Below, one piece after another: positions 5,684-8,294 of a DNA stretch of 8,294 nucleotides. This DNA is from an uncultured Polyangiaceae bacterium. GTDB lineage: Bacteria; Myxococcota_A; Polyangia; Polyangiales; Polyangiaceae. The stretch's first letter is position 1, and the number at the start of each line of letters is the position of its first letter. The position numbers and the translations under genes are program-made. The stretch spans positions 12,434 through 20,727 of the forward strand of contig CAZSUA010000063.1 of NCBI GenBank assembly GCA_964609655.1, written 5' to 3'. The notes under the pieces were generated by a model, which did no database searches, had not been told where the DNA came from, and worked only from the letters and a program-made list of their open reading frames with translations.

Positions 5684-6544
5684 GTGGGGACTTACTTAGA
5701 GGAGCCATACGTGGGTGATAGCAAGCAAAGCTTGGCGGCGAACTTCAACAAGCAAGCTCAGGGGACTTCCAAGTCAGGGTGGGAAGGGCGCTTGCCTCGC
5801 CATGTTGCCATCATCATGGATGGTAACGGTCGCTGGGCGAAAGCACGCGGCCTAGAGCGCGTGGAGGGCCACTCGGAGGGCGCTCGCGCCGTGCGTGAAA
5901 CGGTAGAATCCTGCGCGAAGCTCGGCATCGAATACCTCACACTCTACGCCTTCAGCGTTGCGAATTGGGCACGCCCACCGCGCGAAGTGCGAGCGTTGAT
6001 GAATCTCTTGGTCTACTTCGCCAACAAAGAAAAAGAAGAGCTGCGCAAAAACAACGTGCGCGTGCGGGTCGTGGGCAATCTCGATGATCTCCCGCTGTTG
6101 ACTCGCCACTCCGTGGAGCAGCTGATGGCCTACACGGCGGATTGCCAAGGCATGACGCTCTCGCTGGCGCTTTCCTACGGCGGGCGTCGGGACATCGTGG
6201 ACGCGGCGCGAGCGCTAGCGGCCAAAGCACGTGCCGGTTTGATTCTGCCCGAGGACATCGACGAAGCCGCTTTTCAGCGCGAAATGTCCACCGATTCGCT
6301 GCCGAATGTGGACCTCCTGGTGCGCACCGGTGGCGAAACCCGCGTGAGCGATTTCTTGCTCTTCGAGTCCGCTTACGCAGAGTTCGTGTTTCTGCCCATC
6401 ATGTGGCCAGACTTCAACGCCGATGCACTCGCCCTGGCGCTGGATGCGTACGCGGGCAAGGAACGGCGTTTCGGTCTGACCTCAGAACAAGTGCAGCGGA
6501 GCGTTCATTCGTTCGATCCGCCGGACTTGCTCGCTGCTCAGTGA
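5684..6544 (+). CDS. uppS: Undecaprenyl-diphosphate synthase (cis-prenyltransferase; isoprenyl transferase)
   Basis: Family signatures include [14 protein letters not shown], LTLYAFSxxNWxRP (here SVANWARP) and [10 protein letters not shown]. Further signatures are [31 protein letters not shown] and ERRFG. There are two in-frame GTG start candidates. GTG 5684 has GGAG 6 nt upstream, and GTG 5711 has GAGGAG 6 nt upstream. Confidence 0.92.
   Translation: MGTYLEEPYVGDSKQSLAANFNKQAQGTSKSGWEGRLPRHVAIIMDGNGRWAKARGLERVEGHSEGARAVRETVESCAKLGIEYLTLYAFSVANWARPPREVRALMNLLVYFANKEKEELRKNNVRVRVVGNLDDLPLLTRHSVEQLMAYTADCQGMTLSLALSYGGRRDIVDAARALAAKARAGLILPEDIDEAAFQREMSTDSLPNVDLLVRTGGETRVSDFLLFESAYAEFVFLPIMWPDFNADALALALDAYAGKERRFGLTSEQVQRSVHSFDPPDLLAAQ
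5698..5704 (+). promoter_or_regulatory. Shine-Dalgarno-like AGAGGAG, 6 nt upstream of the in-frame GTG at 5711 (alternative uppS start)
   Basis: Read directly from the sequence (ttAGAGGAGccatacGTGggtgat). Confidence 0.4.
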
Positions 6545-7488
6545 GGCGAAGCAGGTAGGTCGCGGATCTGCAGCAGCTCCACGTCGAACACCAGCGTGCC
6601 GGAAGGGGAGCCAGGCCGCGCGGGCTTGTCGCCATACGCGAGGCTGCCCGGGATCCAAAAGCGAACTTTCTCACCCTCAACCATCAACTGCACGCCTTCG
6701 GTCCAACCCTTGATCACTTGATCGAGGCGGAAGCTGGTGGGAGCGCCGCGCGCGACCGACGAATCAAACATTTTTCCGTCGGTTGTCCAGCCTGAATAGT
6801 GCACGGTGACGTTGCTCGTCGCCGTGGGCTTCTTCTTGCCGGTGCCCTTGGTGAGCACGCGATAGGCCAAGCCACTCGCCGTTTTCGTGGCCGTTTTGGG
6901 CGCCGCAGCCACATCGGCGGGGGCTTTGGGGGCACTTTGGATTTGCAGCAACTCAACGTCAAAGACCAGCATGCCAGCAGGCGCACCGGCGCGCGGAGAT
7001 TCTCCGTAGGCTAATGCGGCAGGGATCCAGAAACGCCGCTTCTCGCCCACCACCATGAGCTGCAAGCCTTCTGTCCAGCCCTTGATAACACCGGTGACAC
7101 CAAACGATGCAGGCTCGCCGCGCTGAACCGAACTGTCAAACATCTTCCCATCCGTCGTCCAGCCTGTGTAGTGAACGCTCACTCGATCTTCGAGCACTGG
7201 ATTCTCGGTGCCAGTCCCCTTTTGGATCACTTTGGTGGCCAGGCCGCTTGCGGTTTTCTTGGCATCGCTGGGCGCCGCCGCGACATCTGCAGGAGCGGGG
7301 ATAGCTGCAGGTGTTGGTGCGGGTGCCACAGGAGCAGCCGTGACAGCGGGAGCTGCCGTGGTTGCGGCGGCCGCCGTCGCAGGTTCATCTTTGGGTGTTG
7401 ACATGGGGGGGTCAGCTGGTTGCTTGTTGCAGGCGTTGAGTGAAAGGAGCGCCAGAGCGCACACAAGAGAAGTTCTTCGGGCCATCAT
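6538..7488 (-). CDS. Lipoprotein with two tandem FKBP-type peptidyl-prolyl cis-trans isomerase domains (about 317 aa from the MMARR start)
   Basis: Two copies of the FKBP signature are present (VHY[TS][12 protein letters not shown]...F....[24 protein letters not shown]......[11 protein letters not shown]). The ORF in the track starts at 7596. However, the signal peptide [20 protein letters not shown], with a lipobox-like LNAC, begins at ATG 7488 (or 7485). The 36 codons upstream overlap the 3' end of the preceding gene. A long Ala/Pro/Thr tether follows the Cys. Confidence 0.9.
   Translation of the reverse strand: MMARRTSLVCALALLSLNACNKQPADPPMSTPKDEPATAAAATTAAPAVTAAPVAPAPTPAAIPAPADVAAAPSDAKKTASGLATKVIQKGTGTENPVLEDRVSVHYTGWTTDGKMFDSSVQRGEPASFGVTGVIKGWTEGLQLMVVGEKRRFWIPAALAYGESPRAGAPAGMLVFDVELLQIQSAPKAPADVAAAPKTATKTASGLAYRVLTKGTGKKKPTATSNVTVHYSGWTTDGKMFDSSVARGAPTSFRLDQVIKGWTEGVQLMVEGEKVRFWIPGSLAYGDKPARPGSPSGTLVFDVELLQIRDLPASPH
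6562..7296 (-). repeat. Diverged intragenic tandem duplication: two FKBP modules of about 360 bp each (6937..7296 and 6562..6924)
   Basis: In my hand alignment of residues 101-220 against 225-345, about 83 of about 120 positions are identical. Both modules begin with APADVAAAP and end with [10 protein letters not shown]. The DNA copies are visibly related but carry many substitutions. Confidence 0.8.
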
Positions 7489-7547
7489 GGGCGCGCAGTC
7501 TAGTGGCGTCCGTGGCGCGACACAATCAGCTGATTGGTCGCAAGACT

Positions 7548-8099
7548 CTACAAGGCGTACTCGATGGTGTTCAAGGACTCCACGCGGTCCTTCCATTCAA
7601 GCTTCAGCAGTTGCTCGCGGAGGCAGGACTCTAAGGCTGCGTTCTTCGGACTCACGCTGAGATCGAGACCCACCACTTTGCCATTCCAGACTGCAAGCCG
7701 CAGCTTGAAGTGCTGCGCTGCGCTGGGCTTGCAGGGCGCGTAGAGATCGGGATTCTGGAGCGGTGCGGAAAGCACTTCTTGCTCCATGTTCAGACGGGGA
7801 ATTCCGTCTGGGACCGCTGAAGTTGCCTCATTGACGGACATGCCAGGCTTGAACTCAGGCGTTGGGATTGCCGGCTTCTTCGGAGGCGGAGCTTCTTCCT
7901 CATTCGGATTTTCAGTTTCGCTTTTCTCCTGCTTGGAGGCTTCTTTTGCGGCAGGCTGGCGCGTGGTTTCGGTAGCTGGGGGCAGTGCTTCGGTGCTTGG
8001 GTCGGCTGCAGCAGGGGGCGGTGCACCTGCGCAGCCCATGGCCAATGAAGCCAAAACAGCGGACAACAAACACGAAACTGGTAGTGCTAAGGGCCTCAT
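7548..8099 (-). CDS. Hypothetical secreted protein or lipoprotein (about 184 aa) with a Pro/Glu-rich tether and a small two-Cys C-terminal domain
   Basis: The track ORF extends to 8219. The internal ATG at 8099 gives a typical signal peptide, [25 protein letters not shown], with Cys codon 8033..8031. An acidic Pro-rich low-complexity region follows. The C-terminal domain of about 85 residues reads ...[50 protein letters not shown]... I did not recognise a family with confidence. It has a loose resemblance to TonB-C / AgmX-PglI-type C-terminal domains. Confidence 0.6.
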   Translation of the reverse strand: MRPLALPVSCLLSAVLASLAMGCAGAPPPAAADPSTEALPPATETTRQPAAKEASKQEKSETENPNEEEAPPPKKPAIPTPEFKPGMSVNEATSAVPDGIPRLNMEQEVLSAPLQNPDLYAPCKPSAAQHFKLRLAVWNGKVVGLDLSVSPKNAALESCLREQLLKLEWKDRVESLNTIEYAL

Positions 8100-8173
8100 T
8101 GGACGGAGGCTACTTCGGCCGCGAGGGCGCGTCGAGGGGCTCGAAGGCGCGTAAACCTTAGTGGAATTCAGCC

Positions 8174-8179
8174 TATAGT
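8174..8179 (+). promoter_or_regulatory. Candidate -10 hexamer TATAGT, about 40 nt upstream of the tRNA
   Basis: This is the only good -10-like hexamer in the 120-bp gap before the tRNA. No convincing -35 lies at a 16-18 bp spacing (gtaaac at best), so support is weak. Confidence 0.25.
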
Positions 8180-8219
8180 GGATCGACCCGGGAGCTTGAG
8201 CTAAGAGCAGCGCGCACAC

Positions 8220-8293
8220 GCGCCCGTAGCTCAGCTGGATAGAGCAGTGGATTTCTAATCCACCGGTCGCAGGTTCGAACCCTGCCGGGCGTG
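8220..8293 (+). tRNA. tRNA-Arg (anticodon UCU, reads AGA)
   Basis: I folded the cloverleaf by hand. The acceptor stem is gcgcccg/cgggcgt, and the D arm is gctc-agctggata-gagc. The anticodon arm is gtgga-ttTCTaa-tccac and the variable loop is cggtc. The T arm is gcagg-ttcgaac-cctgc and the discriminator is g. The D and T arms are close to E. coli argU as I recall it. The window ends one base later, so I cannot tell whether CCA is encoded. Confidence 0.9.
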
Positions 8294-8294
8294 C

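Noticed and set aside
7489-7596. N-terminal extension of the FKBP ORF ([11 protein letters not shown]...)
   Set aside because: The extension overlaps the 3' end of the upstream gene and does not look like a signal peptide. A canonical lipoprotein signal peptide starts at the MM at 7488/7485.
7208-7660. 150-aa plus-strand ORF opposite the FKBP N-terminal tether, and other ORFs in 6714..7466
   Set aside because: These are Ala/Gly-rich mirror images of the Ala/Pro tether. The FKBP frame is strongly supported.
8100-8219. N-terminal extension of the small lipoprotein ORF up to 8219
   Set aside because: It would abut the tRNA gene and encodes a non-signal-like peptide. The ATG at 8099 immediately precedes a typical signal peptide.
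1-8294. Search for CRISPR repeats, IS or transposase ends, integrases, toxin-antitoxin pairs or defence-type genes
   Set aside because: None were found. Every sizeable ORF is accounted for by a housekeeping or signalling family, and the only repeats are intragenic (the FKBP duplication and short low-complexity coding repeats).

Overview
GC-rich window (about 60% by eye) that is almost fully coding: eight protein genes plus one tRNA. I saw no transposase, integrase, CRISPR array, toxin-antitoxin pair or recognisable defence gene. Gene order is as follows. (1) 1..2172 (-): a long ORF that runs off the left edge and is therefore missing from the supplied ORF track. It encodes an MJ0042-type zinc ribbon, a Pro-rich linker, one TM helix and TPR repeats. 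(2) 2192..2824 (-): SspB-like ClpXP adaptor with a C-terminal LRVIK tail. (3) 2877..3404 (-): SixA-like phosphohistidine phosphatase. (4, 5) 3429..4175 and 4172..5596 (+): a divergent OmpR-family response regulator and a CreC-like histidine kinase. (6) 5684..6544 (+): uppS. (7) 6538..7488 (-): convergent lipoprotein with two tandem FKBP domains. (8) 7548..8099 (-): small secreted protein or lipoprotein. (9) 8220..8293 (+): tRNA-Arg(UCU) at the right edge. The protein types (MJ0042 zinc ribbon plus TPR, Ala/Pro-rich lipoprotein tethers) suggest a Myxococcota-like genome, but that is inference only. Overall this looks like a housekeeping and signalling neighbourhood rather than an accessory island. 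The most unusual points are these: the kinase has intact H, N, F and G2 boxes but no Asp in its G1 (DxGxG) box; it sits next to a divergent phosphohistidine phosphatase; and that phosphatase appears co-transcribed with a ClpXP adaptor and a zinc-ribbon/TM/TPR membrane protein. Any claim that these form one system is a hypothesis, not a demonstration.
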